Shown: one piece after another, positions 54,843 to 64,000 of the stretch
Layout of the letters: every line of letters starts with the position of its first letter
Numbering within the stretch: the stretch's first letter is position 1
Source: Candidatus Pacearchaeota archaeon
GTDB lineage: Archaea > Nanobdellota > Nanobdellia > Pacearchaeales > GW2011-AR1
Direction of reading: 5' to 3'
Length of the DNA: 64,000 bases
Assembly (NCBI GenBank): GCA_002688415.1
Contig: NZCX01000021.1
Span: 6,660-70,659, forward strand
The notes under the pieces: generated by a model
Databases searched by the model: none
What the model was told of the DNA's origin: nothing
The model's input: only the letters and a program-made list of their open reading frames with translations
Program-made: the position numbers and the translations under genes

Positions 54843-56018
54843 TTGATGGATAAAAAGGTTGATATAACCTATACCGTTGCCTCCAAGATAGGGACTATCG
54901 GAATGGGCTCTACAGCTTACAATGCTCTAAAAGGAATTGAAAAAGGAAAGTTTTCTTATCAAGCTTTTTGCAGAGGTTATAATCCTAATTTGGATCTTAA
55001 TGAAGAAAATCTTACAAATTATTCTTGGTTGGAATATTTAACATATCCTTTTAGATTTTTAGAAAAGTTTTTGGGTTTACACATAAACTCGTTTAGATTT
55101 GTAAACTATCTTTTTGGAAAAATAGTCGAATTAAAACTAAAAAGGCCAAAAATTTACCATACCTGGATTGGAATTTCTCCAGAAGCTATAAAAAAGGCAA
55201 AAAAAAGCGGAGCAATCTTAATTCTTGAAGGGGCAAATAGTCATCCATTGAATATTACAAAGATTATGAACAAGGAATTTAAAAACCATAACAAAACAGA
55301 ATTTTTAATAGACCTCAAAAAGGCAAAAAGAGATTCAGAGATTTTAGAATCTTTTGATTATATAATGTGCCCCTCAGATTTTGTTTATGATTCTTTCATC
55401 AATCAAGGATTTAAAAAAGAAAAACTAATCAAGCTACCTTATGGGGTAGATATTGAGAGATTTTCCAAGGTTAAGAAGAAGAAAAATAAAAAAGTTAAAT
55501 TTGTCTTTGTAGGTAGTATCCAACTACGAAAGGGGATTTCGTATCTTCTAGAGGCTTGGGAAAGTCTTGGCTTAAAGAATGCAGAATTAATTATTGTTGG
55601 GCGGGTTTGGCCTGACGCCCAGGAAGTTGTAAATAAGTATCGAAAGAATAAATCAATTAAGTTTACCGGATTCACCAAGAATCCACAGGAATTTTTGAAA
55701 GGTTCAGATGTTTTTATTTCTCCTTCCTTGGAAGAAGGTTCAGCATTAACTTGTTATGAGGCTATGGCCTCAGGGCTCCCGTTAATAGCAACATATAACA
55801 CTGGAAGCGTTATACGTAATGGGAAAGAAGGATTTATTGTCAAGGCCGGGGACTCCAAAGATCTCGGAGAAAAGATTCAAAAACTCTCTGGAGATAAAAA
55901 ATTGATAGAAAAAATGGGAAATGCTGCAAGAAAGAGGGTGTCCAAGTTTACCTGGATTAACTATCAGAAAAATCTCTCAAAAATCTATAAACTTCTTCTA
56001 AAGAAAAATGGAAAATAA
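54843..56018 (+). CDS. Glycosyltransferase, GT4 (group 1) family
   Basis: 391 aa; EGSALTCYEAMASGLPLIAT block. Confidence 0.7.
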   Translation: MMDKKVDITYTVASKIGTIGMGSTAYNALKGIEKGKFSYQAFCRGYNPNLDLNEENLTNYSWLEYLTYPFRFLEKFLGLHINSFRFVNYLFGKIVELKLKRPKIYHTWIGISPEAIKKAKKSGAILILEGANSHPLNITKIMNKEFKNHNKTEFLIDLKKAKRDSEILESFDYIMCPSDFVYDSFINQGFKKEKLIKLPYGVDIERFSKVKKKKNKKVKFVFVGSIQLRKGISYLLEAWESLGLKNAELIIVGRVWPDAQEVVNKYRKNKSIKFTGFTKNPQEFLKGSDVFISPSLEEGSALTCYEAMASGLPLIATYNTGSVIRNGKEGFIVKAGDSKDLGEKIQKLSGDKKLIEKMGNAARKRVSKFTWINYQKNLSKIYKLLLKKNGK

Positions 56019-57048
56019 AAAAACAATCTTTTTTAATAATGGAAGTTCTAAGGAGATGCAACTCCTATTCCCAGTAAAAGTACTCCTAGAGAATTTTAGC
56101 ATAAAGAAAACCACCAAGCGAGAAAATGCAGACATTATTATGGGGCCCATAGAAAGATTCCACCACAAAGACTACTTGGATAATAACAAGACAAATATCA
56201 TTGTATCTGGAGAGAATATTTTCTTCAAAAGGAATCTTTTTAGCGTATTGGAATCTATTTTATTTAGGGTTGTAGGGAATAAGAAGTATAAGGTTCTAGA
56301 TTTCCTAGACAAAATCATTCCCAAGATTATTTCTGGGATCCCCCTATCTCCCTTCCTCAAAGGCTACCTAAAGGTTCTAAAAAAAGTAAAATTGGGAAAA
56401 CTAAAAAATACCTATTTTATCCTCTCAAATAATTTAAAAGAGCAAAACAGTAGTGTCCTAACTATGCCTTTATTTATGCAATATTATGAGCACCTCCTTA
56501 AGAGATTAACTAATAAGAGGGGAAAAGGCATTAAAGAAATAAAGGATAAGAAGTTTTGTGCATTTGTTGTCTCGAGCAATTCTTCAAGGGAAAGAGTTCA
56601 TTTTTTCAAGGAATTGTCCAAGTATAAGAAGGTAGATTCATATGGTAAGGTTTTAAACAATTGTTCAGATCCAAAAAGAAAAACACTTCTAGATAATCCT
56701 CAAATTTTTAAAGATTATAAATTTGTTATTTGTTTTGAAAATAGTTTTACAAAAGGGTATATTACGGAAAAGCTACCCAATGTTATGTTTGCAAATTCAA
56801 TTCCAATCTATCGTGGAGCACCAAACGTGGGAGAATACTTCAATACAAAATCTTTTATTAATTATGAAGACTATGAAAAGTCCTATGACTTGATGGTCCA
56901 AAAAATAATCGAACTAGACAAGGATCCTAAAAAATATAAAAAGATTATGGAAGAACCTTGGTTTAAGGAAAATAAAATTCCCAAAACAATTACCGGAAAA
57001 AAGAAAGAATTAATTAAATTTTATAATTTAATTTTAAATGAAAAATAA
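56008..57048 (+). CDS. Alpha-1,3-fucosyltransferase-like glycosyltransferase (GT10)
   Basis: FKFVICFENSFTKGYITEKL matches the GT10 motif (F-x-L/I-x-FENS...Y-x-TEK). Confidence 0.65.
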   Translation: MENKKTIFFNNGSSKEMQLLFPVKVLLENFSIKKTTKRENADIIMGPIERFHHKDYLDNNKTNIIVSGENIFFKRNLFSVLESILFRVVGNKKYKVLDFLDKIIPKIISGIPLSPFLKGYLKVLKKVKLGKLKNTYFILSNNLKEQNSSVLTMPLFMQYYEHLLKRLTNKRGKGIKEIKDKKFCAFVVSSNSSRERVHFFKELSKYKKVDSYGKVLNNCSDPKRKTLLDNPQIFKDYKFVICFENSFTKGYITEKLPNVMFANSIPIYRGAPNVGEYFNTKSFINYEDYEKSYDLMVQKIIELDKDPKKYKKIMEEPWFKENKIPKTITGKKKELIKFYNLILNEK

Positions 57049-57946
57049 ACAAAATTTTAAATTAAACACCCCCATCCTTTATTTAGTATTTAATAGGGTA
57101 GATACTATAAAACGGACTTTCCCAGAAATTAGAAAAGCTAAGCCAAAACAACTTTTTATTGCAGCAGACGGACCAAGAACAAAAGAAGAAAAGAAGAAAA
57201 CTGATGGCGTAAGAAGGTACATTTTAGATAATATAACTTGGGAGTGCGAAGTAAAAACCCTTTTTAGAGATAAGAATCTTGGATGTAAATACGCGGTGAG
57301 CTCTGCACTCGATTGGTTTTTTGAAAATGTTCCCGAGGGGATAATCTTGGAAGATGATTGCTTGCCTAGCCAGAGTTTTTTTAGATTTTGTCAAGAAATG
57401 CTTGAGAGATATAGGGAAGATAAAAGAATTATGCACATAAGTGGAACCAATGTGGAAGGGATAAGGGGAAAGGGGAGTGGATATTTTTTCTCAAAGGTTT
57501 TTAACGTTTGGGGCTGGGCAAGTTGGAGAAGGGCATGGAAAGGTTATGATGTTGAGATCTTGAGATGGCCCCAATTTCGAGATGGGGGTTGGATGCGACA
57601 ATTCTCAAGAAATTATTTGGACAATCTCAATAATGTTCGTGGTATGAATAATCTTTACAATGGAAAACTCGATACGTGGGATTATCAATGGGCTTTTTAC
57701 TGTTTAATCAATGCGGGGCTGGCTATAATCCCTGATTCAAACCTTATAAAAAACCTTGGTTTTAATAATGGAACTCATATGTCAAAGGGTGATGAGAATA
57801 AAGTTTTAGAGCTAAAATCTATAAAGTTTCCCCTAGGTGAGCCCGATTTTATGATGGAATCAAAATCATATCTTTATTCTGCCGCAAGATTCTTCTACAA
57901 GGGAAGGGTAAGGCGGAAGATATTAAATTTCTTTCAGTTGATGTAA
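57038..57946 (+). CDS. Putative GT-A-fold (nucleotide-diphospho-sugar) transferase
   Basis: 302 aa; LEDDCLP acidic motif at a DxD-like position. Confidence 0.35.
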   Translation: MKNKQNFKLNTPILYLVFNRVDTIKRTFPEIRKAKPKQLFIAADGPRTKEEKKKTDGVRRYILDNITWECEVKTLFRDKNLGCKYAVSSALDWFFENVPEGIILEDDCLPSQSFFRFCQEMLERYREDKRIMHISGTNVEGIRGKGSGYFFSKVFNVWGWASWRRAWKGYDVEILRWPQFRDGGWMRQFSRNYLDNLNNVRGMNNLYNGKLDTWDYQWAFYCLINAGLAIIPDSNLIKNLGFNNGTHMSKGDENKVLELKSIKFPLGEPDFMMESKSYLYSAARFFYKGRVRRKILNFFQLM

Positions 57947-58018
57947 TTATCAGATTTTTTACTAAAGCCACTATTCGAAGAACCATAAACTTTTAAAGAA
58001 CACAATTTTAAAAAATAG

Positions 58019-59038
58019 ATGGGGAGAGCTAAAACATTAGAAGAGCATCAGTATACCTCTACAGGGGTTAAGTTCTGGAGACATCCAGAACAAATGAACT
58101 CCTACCGGCAGGGGGGTGGGGGAACAGTGGTGGCAACCCATGTTTCTCCAACAAGTAGGTGTAACCTCGAATGTTCATATTGTTCTGTAAAAAAAAGAGA
58201 TCGACAATCAGAGATTGAGTTTCAGGTAATGCAAAAATACATCTCTGATTTAAAATCAAGGGGGCTGAGATCTGTAATTTTTACAGGTGGAGGGGAGCCA
58301 ACAATCTACGATAGATTCAATGATTTGGCATTATGGACCAAAGACCAGGGCTTGGATACGGCACTTATTACTAATGGTACTCTGATAGACAGGGTAAGCC
58401 CTGAAGCCTGGAGAACGTTTTCATGGGCAAGGGTCAGTATTAATCAGTTTCCGGGTTGGCAGGATAGGATAAATCTTCCAAGAGATTTGGTTGATGAAAG
58501 TTGTACCCTCGGGGCTTCTTTCGTATATACTGGTCAAAGTTTAAAAGAATTGAGGGAGGTAGAGAGTGTTGCAAAAAGGTTTGATGCAGATTACATCCGA
58601 GTTTTGCCAGATTGCCTTCATTCACAAGGAGAACTACTAAGAATTCATGATGAAATTGATCAAAGGCTTGAATCTCTAGGGGATACTGTTTTTTTTCATC
58701 AATTTAAGATACATGGAGTTCCAAATTCGGACACGTGTCATCAATCTTTCTTTCGACCTTATTTAAGCGAGGTGGGCGGGGGCACAGTCTATCCCTGTGA
58801 TAGTGTTGTTCTAAATTCAAATAGCGAACATTTTGCAGAAAAATATAAAATATGTGGTGCAGAAGAGATTTTAAATTTTTTAGATGGAGAGATAAAATCT
58901 TCATTTAGTCCATCAGAGGATTGCGAAGGGTGTGTATTTACCGAGAATGTGGATATGTTGGGTGCTTGGAAAGAAAAGGGGGAAATGCCCCCAGAAGGGT
59001 TTAAGAAAGATAAATTGAGGCATGAGAATTTTCCCTGA
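58019..59038 (+). CDS. Radical SAM enzyme
   Basis: CNLECSYCSV (CxxxCxxC) and a glycine-rich SAM motif FTGGGEP; additional C-terminal Cys pairs. Confidence 0.75.
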   Translation: MGRAKTLEEHQYTSTGVKFWRHPEQMNSYRQGGGGTVVATHVSPTSRCNLECSYCSVKKRDRQSEIEFQVMQKYISDLKSRGLRSVIFTGGGEPTIYDRFNDLALWTKDQGLDTALITNGTLIDRVSPEAWRTFSWARVSINQFPGWQDRINLPRDLVDESCTLGASFVYTGQSLKELREVESVAKRFDADYIRVLPDCLHSQGELLRIHDEIDQRLESLGDTVFFHQFKIHGVPNSDTCHQSFFRPYLSEVGGGTVYPCDSVVLNSNSEHFAEKYKICGAEEILNFLDGEIKSSFSPSEDCEGCVFTENVDMLGAWKEKGEMPPEGFKKDKLRHENFP

Positions 59039-59678
59039 TATGGTAGATCAAGAATCTTACAATGCAGATTACTTTGAGACTGGAGTGCAATCTGGAAAAT
59101 CTGGTTATCAAGATTATAGGTGGATGCCCGAAAGGACCATTAAGTTTGCGCATAAGGTTGCCAGAGAACTTTCCTTAAGAGATGGGGATAAAATTCTTGA
59201 TTATGGTTGTGCAAAGGGCTTTATGGTGAAGGCATTTAGGATTTTAGACATTAAAGCTTACGGATGTGATATTTCTAAATATGCATTATCCAAGGCAGAT
59301 GCAGAGGTTGCGCCATATTGCAAACTAATAACAAATGGGGAAATCCCCTTCGTGGAGAATTTTAGAACTATAATCTCAAAAGATGTATTTGAGCATTTAG
59401 ATGAATTAACGTTGGAGAAGGTTCTGAGAGAATGCGGAAGAGTCTCTCAAAAGCTTTTTGCGATTATTCCATTAGGAGACGGAAAGAGATTTGTAATACC
59501 TTCCTATGAATTAGATGTAACTCATAATCTGAGAAAATCTCGTGAGTGGTGGGAGAATAAATTCGAGGAGAATGGATGGACTGTCAGTCGTTTTTCTCAT
59601 CTGCTCCCGGGGATGAAAGATAATTGGGCAAAATATCCAAAAGGTAATGGTTTTTTCTTCTTGGAGCGTAAGGATTAG
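59022..59678 (+). CDS. Class I SAM-dependent methyltransferase
   Basis: ILDYGCAKGF motif I; DIS post-I. Confidence 0.55.
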   Translation: MRIFPDMVDQESYNADYFETGVQSGKSGYQDYRWMPERTIKFAHKVARELSLRDGDKILDYGCAKGFMVKAFRILDIKAYGCDISKYALSKADAEVAPYCKLITNGEIPFVENFRTIISKDVFEHLDELTLEKVLRECGRVSQKLFAIIPLGDGKRFVIPSYELDVTHNLRKSREWWENKFEENGWTVSRFSHLLPGMKDNWAKYPKGNGFFFLERKD

Positions 59679-59679
59679 T

Positions 59680-60615
59680 TTAATTTTCGGGGATTTCTAT
59701 TTTCGGTTTGAAAAAAAATCCTGCAAAAGTGCCAAAAAAAATGGAGCTTGCTTTTTGTAGCCCCCCCTTACCACAAATTAAGGCTTTAAGGGGTTTCAGT
59801 GTTAGCCAATTAATCAGGGTGATTATTTTATGGGTCTTTGATTCATATTTTAGGAGAGAATAGGTATTATTTCGATAATATCTATAATAAAGCTTAATAA
59901 TTTCTGGATTTTGCTCCTCAAAAATTGTGGTTAATCTACCTGAAGATTTTTTATGGGTTGTCTTTGCCTTTCCTGCCATAAATGTAGGATATTTATTGCT
60001 TGCACGATAAGAATACTCTGTATCGTCTCCCCAAATAAACATCTCTTTGATTGGATATCCTTCTTGGGAAATAAAATTTCTTGAGAAAAGAACTGAAACA
60101 AAAGTCGCATTATCTACTCTCAATAGTCCTTTTTCAAGATATTGAGCATATGAAAATTCATTAGCATTATTTATTTTTTTAGAAATTTTAGGCACATTCA
60201 TTATCTCCCCCTTTGGTGAATAAACGGAACTTGCAACAAATCCTGAACCTCCCTCTTCTTTCTCAATAAAGTCATTTGCATTAATTAACTCTTTTAAGCA
60301 AGTCTTGCTGGGCTCACAGTCATCATCCATTATCCAGACAAAATCTGCCCCTTGCCCGTATGCTTCCTTAATGCCCCTATTAAAGCCTCCGGCAGGTCCC
60401 ATATTCTTTGGAAGTCGGATGTATTCAAGATTATTTGAATCTTTGACAAGATTTTCCATAAAGGTTTTCGTTTTATCTGTGGAGTCATTATCTATAACAA
60501 TGATTTTTTCAAGAGTTCTTGTCTGTTTAGAGAGAGATTCAAGACATTCGGAAAGCAATAGTCTTCGATTACGAGTAACAATTACTGCGATTATTTTCTT
60601 CATCCCCATCGTCAA
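59680..60615 (-). CDS. Glycosyltransferase family 2
   Basis: N-terminal GT-A fold: IAVIVTRNRR..., DNDSTD, WIMDDDC (DxD). Confidence 0.75.
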   Translation of the reverse strand: MTMGMKKIIAVIVTRNRRLLLSECLESLSKQTRTLEKIIVIDNDSTDKTKTFMENLVKDSNNLEYIRLPKNMGPAGGFNRGIKEAYGQGADFVWIMDDDCEPSKTCLKELINANDFIEKEEGGSGFVASSVYSPKGEIMNVPKISKKINNANEFSYAQYLEKGLLRVDNATFVSVLFSRNFISQEGYPIKEMFIWGDDTEYSYRASNKYPTFMAGKAKTTHKKSSGRLTTIFEEQNPEIIKLYYRYYRNNTYSLLKYESKTHKIITLINWLTLKPLKALICGKGGLQKASSIFFGTFAGFFFKPKIEIPEN

Positions 60616-61715
60616 ATATTGCTTATAAGATTGAGAAGTTTCCCCCCATATCTCTCAATTTCAAATTCCCTTAAAAATCTCTTTCTACCTTCTGCACCCA
60701 TCTTTAGACCCTTTGGCGGATTATGAATAAGTTCTTCGAGGTAATCTGCAAGTTCGGTAGGACTATTTTTCTTTAAAACGAAACCTGTTTTTTCATGAAT
60801 TATTGTAGAGGGTATTGTCGCTATTCCGTTAGCAATAACTGGCAGCCCATGCATCATAGCCTCCAAAATTACTAGTCCAAAAGTTTCAAGGGGGTATTCT
60901 GTTGGAAAGACAAAGATATCTGAAGAGGCAAAAATTGCCTCTTTCGAGACCCCTACTTGTTTACCGAGATATTTAATCTTTGAGGATAATCTATTCTTTA
61001 AGACATACCTTGAGAATCTCTCCTCTTCATCACGGGAAGGCCATGCCCCTACAAATCTACACTCAAAGTTAATGCCCCTTCTGTTTAATATATCGCAGGA
61101 CTGGAGGAGTTTTAACCATCCCTTTGTCTCATCCATATTGGACAGGAATAAAATCTTAGTATTAATCTCTTTTTTTCTAGCTAATAGTTCCTTTTTTAAA
61201 TTATTCTCTGAAACTATATTTTGGATAGCATTTGGAATGATGAAAATATTTCTCTGAGGTAAAATCCATGAAAGGTCTTTAATTAGTTCGGTACCCAAAA
61301 CAATAGCTTTTTCATCCTTAAACATTTTTTTTAATAGCCTTCTTTCTCCAAGCTTTCTAGGTTTTACTCTGCTGTGTACGTGAAATAAGATTGGAATCTT
61401 TGCCTGTTTTATAATTTGAACAAAGAAATTATCCCTCTTAAGGCCTCTCCCGGCAGTTGCGGGGGCAAAGTAAATTAGATCGGGTTTAAAGCTTTTAATA
61501 GATCTTAGGATCTCGGCTCTAACCTTGAAAATTCCCCCGATCTTATGAAGATTTATTTTTCCAACATCTGCCATGTCTTTAGAGTAATTGAGTTTTATGC
61601 TTTTTACAACAATATTTTTAGACACTTTCAATATCTCCAAGATTTTCCCATTTAAGATAGAGGCACCATAATGTGGTGGTGGAAAGGTTCCTAAAAACAA
61701 GATCTTCTTGACCAT
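60612..61715 (-). CDS. Glycosyltransferase, GT4 (group 1) family
   Basis: 367 aa; ETFGLVILEAMMHGLPVIA block. Confidence 0.7.
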   Translation of the reverse strand: MVKKILFLGTFPPPHYGASILNGKILEILKVSKNIVVKSIKLNYSKDMADVGKINLHKIGGIFKVRAEILRSIKSFKPDLIYFAPATAGRGLKRDNFFVQIIKQAKIPILFHVHSRVKPRKLGERRLLKKMFKDEKAIVLGTELIKDLSWILPQRNIFIIPNAIQNIVSENNLKKELLARKKEINTKILFLSNMDETKGWLKLLQSCDILNRRGINFECRFVGAWPSRDEEERFSRYVLKNRLSSKIKYLGKQVGVSKEAIFASSDIFVFPTEYPLETFGLVILEAMMHGLPVIANGIATIPSTIIHEKTGFVLKKNSPTELADYLEELIHNPPKGLKMGAEGRKRFLREFEIERYGGKLLNLISNI

Positions 61716-62618
61716 TTACTTAAACCTCGTAGGATCATAATATTTCTTTCTAAAATATCTTCCCAAAAGAGGTAATCTAAAAAGAGAGATCTTTATGCCC
61801 CTTCTTATTTTAATTTTTAGTGAGCGTGAAAGTGATAGTAGAAAATACCCAAACTTGTTTGACCGATACAATAGGCCAAGATCACGATCATATTGGTGGA
61901 GGATATTAACCACAGACCCATCAAGATTTATCACCTGCCTCTTATTATTATATTTAAGATTTTTACTTCCCATTTCTGCAAGGGTCAAGACAGGGCCCTT
62001 CAAGTTATGAAACTTTTTAGCCCCAGGCAGTTTTCCGGCATAAAATAAGTAATTATGGTATCCTTGGTCAAAGAGAATATCCTTAATGTTTAATTTTAGT
62101 GTCATTTTCTTTAGATAATCCATAATTCCTTTCGTAGTTCCGATGGTGGTTCCAGCACAAAGTATATTTTCTTTAGAATATTTCTTAAGCTCTTTTGCGC
62201 TACTAGATAATTCAAAAATATGGGAATTTATACTGCACTCTTCAAGTGTTAGCTCCTCTGCAAAAAGATTAAGGGGGCCATAATTCTCGTAGACAAAGGG
62301 GTCTTTTTGAAAGAAAACATCCCGTACATCAGCAATTAGAATATTGTCATATTTTTTAAAACTTTTTTTTAAAAATTCGTAATACATCATAAATCTATAG
62401 TGCATAATATGTAGGCCTTTCTTTTTAAAACCCTCCGAATCAAACTTTTTTAGAATAACTCCTCTTTCCCTAAGTTTTCTAAGGGTCCTTCCGGATAAAT
62501 TATCATAAAACAAAACAAAATCTCCATCAAAACCGGAATCATCAAGAGATCTTACAAATGGATCAAGGAGATAGTAAGAATAGTTTGTCGCAAGACTGAT
62601 TACTAGATTTTTACCCAT
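61716..62618 (-). CDS. Hypothetical protein, possible nucleotide-sugar transferase-like
   Basis: 300 aa; ILIADVRDVFFQKDPF hints at a GT-A DxD region. Confidence 0.3.
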   Translation of the reverse strand: MGKNLVISLATNYSYYLLDPFVRSLDDSGFDGDFVLFYDNLSGRTLRKLRERGVILKKFDSEGFKKKGLHIMHYRFMMYYEFLKKSFKKYDNILIADVRDVFFQKDPFVYENYGPLNLFAEELTLEECSINSHIFELSSSAKELKKYSKENILCAGTTIGTTKGIMDYLKKMTLKLNIKDILFDQGYHNYLFYAGKLPGAKKFHNLKGPVLTLAEMGSKNLKYNNKRQVINLDGSVVNILHQYDRDLGLLYRSNKFGYFLLSLSRSLKIKIRRGIKISLFRLPLLGRYFRKKYYDPTRFK

Positions 62619-62695
62619 AAAGGATTTGAGTAATGAAGAATTATAAAGTTATGGTATTGTGATGCACAAAGAGAATTATTCAGAACAGCTAAGAT

Positions 62696-63571
62696 CTAAG
62701 TCCTATAAGTGTTTGCTGCATTTTCAAAATCAAGGATGGTCTTAAGGGTCATGGGATTTCTATATATTGGAATATCTGCCCCAACAGGTGCCACATAAGA
62801 CACGCTTCTTTTGGTTTCTCGAAGACCTTTAATATCCCCCAACTTTCTTAAAATAGGTGTGGGAATGGTAATTATTTGCGGGCCTGCCTTGGCCATCCGA
62901 TGAACATCTGTTGGATCTCTAATGCTTGCCCCAATTAGGTCGGTTCCATTCCTATCAAGTTGCTTAGCAGCATAGGACATATCTCTTAGGACTATTTCCC
63001 ATGCTTCACCATTGAATCTTTCTTTGTTTTCAGATACAATCTCCTTCCATTGAGAAGGATCTGACAAAACCATTGACACCTTATATCCTGCAAGTCTTAG
63101 AACTTCATAATCTAGTCTTCGATTAACAAAAATATTCGTAACGGTTGCTCCTGCATTTGCGGCCTCTAGCGCTTGTGCGGAGTCCATTGTGGCAGTAACA
63201 TTTGTTTTAACTCCCTCATCAGAGAGGATTCTTGTTGCTTGAATTCCTCCCTCACAAAATGGAATTTTCACATAAACATTCTCGCCCCAAGAAGCCAATC
63301 TTCTCCCCTGAGAGACTATTCGGTCCCTAATCTCTAAATATGGTGTAGACAAAAGTTCTTCTACAGTTTCTATCCCGCCAAGATCAGTTTCAAGACTCAC
63401 GGGGGCGTCAGGATATTCTCTTAGGATCCTTTTACAGGCATTTTCTAAACCTTCTGAAAGGTCCCCTGTAGATTCTAATATTTTTGGATTAGTTGTTATT
63501 CCCGAATTTACACCCCTCTGGAAAGAGTATATGATATCTTCCATATCTGCAGTATCTGCGAAAAGTTTCAT
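62696..63571 (-). CDS. tal: Transaldolase / fructose-6-phosphate aldolase family protein
   Basis: 291 aa; LFADTADMEDI... and GITTNP signature. Confidence 0.65.
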   Translation of the reverse strand: MKLFADTADMEDIIYSFQRGVNSGITTNPKILESTGDLSEGLENACKRILREYPDAPVSLETDLGGIETVEELLSTPYLEIRDRIVSQGRRLASWGENVYVKIPFCEGGIQATRILSDEGVKTNVTATMDSAQALEAANAGATVTNIFVNRRLDYEVLRLAGYKVSMVLSDPSQWKEIVSENKERFNGEAWEIVLRDMSYAAKQLDRNGTDLIGASIRDPTDVHRMAKAGPQIITIPTPILRKLGDIKGLRETKRSVSYVAPVGADIPIYRNPMTLKTILDFENAANTYRT

Positions 63572-64000
63572 TCTTCTAGTTCCGCCTGTATTAGTTCTCT
63601 TAGTCTATCTACAATAAGATGTTGAATAACACAATGAAATCCTTCTACTTGAGGAGTTGAGTCTTTTGGGACCACAACACAAGAATCGGCCATTTCTTTC
63701 ATCTTTCCACCATCAAAGCCTGCGAGTCCTAAGATTTTAGCATTCCGATTTTTTGCCATCTCCATTGCGCTAACTAGATTACCTGACCATCCAGATCCTC
63801 CGTGTACTGAAACTAGGAGAATTGTGTCCCCTTCATCTAAGAAGGTATTTAATAGACCACTATACGCTTTATCCCATCCAGAGTCATTGATCCATGCGGT
63901 AAGGGATGGGGCGTTGTCATTCAAGCAAATAGCTTTAAAGCCTTTTAATCGGCTAATTTCTTTCATAGAACTGTCATTCGCAACAGTTTTTGCAAGATCT
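63568..64000 (-). CDS. SIS-domain sugar-phosphate isomerase (GmhA/phosphoheptose isomerase-like), 5' end beyond window
   Basis: ILLVSVHGGSGWSGNLVSAMEMAKNRNAKILGLAGFDGGKMKE...VVVPKD...IQHLIVD matches the GmhA C-terminal half. The reading frame remains open upstream of the Met at 63966, through to the window edge. Confidence 0.55.
   Translation of the reverse strand, partial: DLAKTVANDSSMKEISRLKGFKAICLNDNAPSLTAWINDSGWDKAYSGLLNTFLDEGDTILLVSVHGGSGWSGNLVSAMEMAKNRNAKILGLAGFDGGKMKEMADSCVVVPKDSTPQVEGFHCVIQHLIVDRLRELIQAELEE

Noticed and set aside
63568-63966. Apparent N-terminally truncated SIS/GmhA protein (132 aa) suggesting a pseudogene
   Set aside because: The reading frame remains open upstream of the Met at 63966 up to the window edge, so the gene probably simply continues beyond position 64000.

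Overview
Low-GC archaeal chromosomal segment, with compact genome organisation reminiscent of DPANN-type archaea (r-proteins eL32/eL19/eS4/eL18/eL21, PolD and Orc1/Cdc6 are all present). From left to right: (1) a partial M16 peptidase, a methyltransferase, a class-I glutamine amidotransferase, a Dph6-like PP-loop ATPase, a DRG-type GTPase and a membrane permease. (2) A minus-strand replication operon orc1/cdc6 -> PolD DP1 -> PolD DP2 -> a bacterial-type DnaE (PolIII alpha). It abuts a textbook archaeal oriC, with two inverted ORB boxes flanking an AT-rich unwinding element at about 15.0-15.3 kb. (3) An origin-proximal accessory stretch (15.4-22.4 kb): PRC-barrel protein, tandem-repeat membrane protein, three winged-helix proteins (two paralogous coiled-coil/QT-repeat/wHTH proteins), a zinc-ribbon HNH nuclease, a XerA-like tyrosine recombinase, a bacterial-dif-like imperfect palindrome and several short dispersed repeat motifs. 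(4) The conserved archaeal uS13-uS4-uS11-RpoD-tRNA-eL18-uL13-uS9 cluster, an eL21/RpoF/COG1491 cluster, UMP kinase, tRNA-Ser and AMP phosphorylase. (5) The main r-protein operon uL3 ... uL15-secY. It is almost gap-free, but four small composition-atypical ORFans are wedged exactly between conserved genes (uL23/uL2, uS17/uL14, uL14/uL24, uS5/uL30), and Rpp29 is missing from its usual place. (6) A DUF106 insertase and an eIF2B-family (candidate ribose-1,5-bisphosphate isomerase) gene, then a large N-glycosylation island: AglH-like GPT, AglB/STT3 (WWDYG), GT4/GT2/GT10 transferases, three methyltransferases, a radical SAM enzyme, a transaldolase and a SIS (GmhA-like) isomerase running off the window end. 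No CRISPR array or rRNA was seen. All calls rest on motif and architecture reading of the supplied translations; no database searches were possible.
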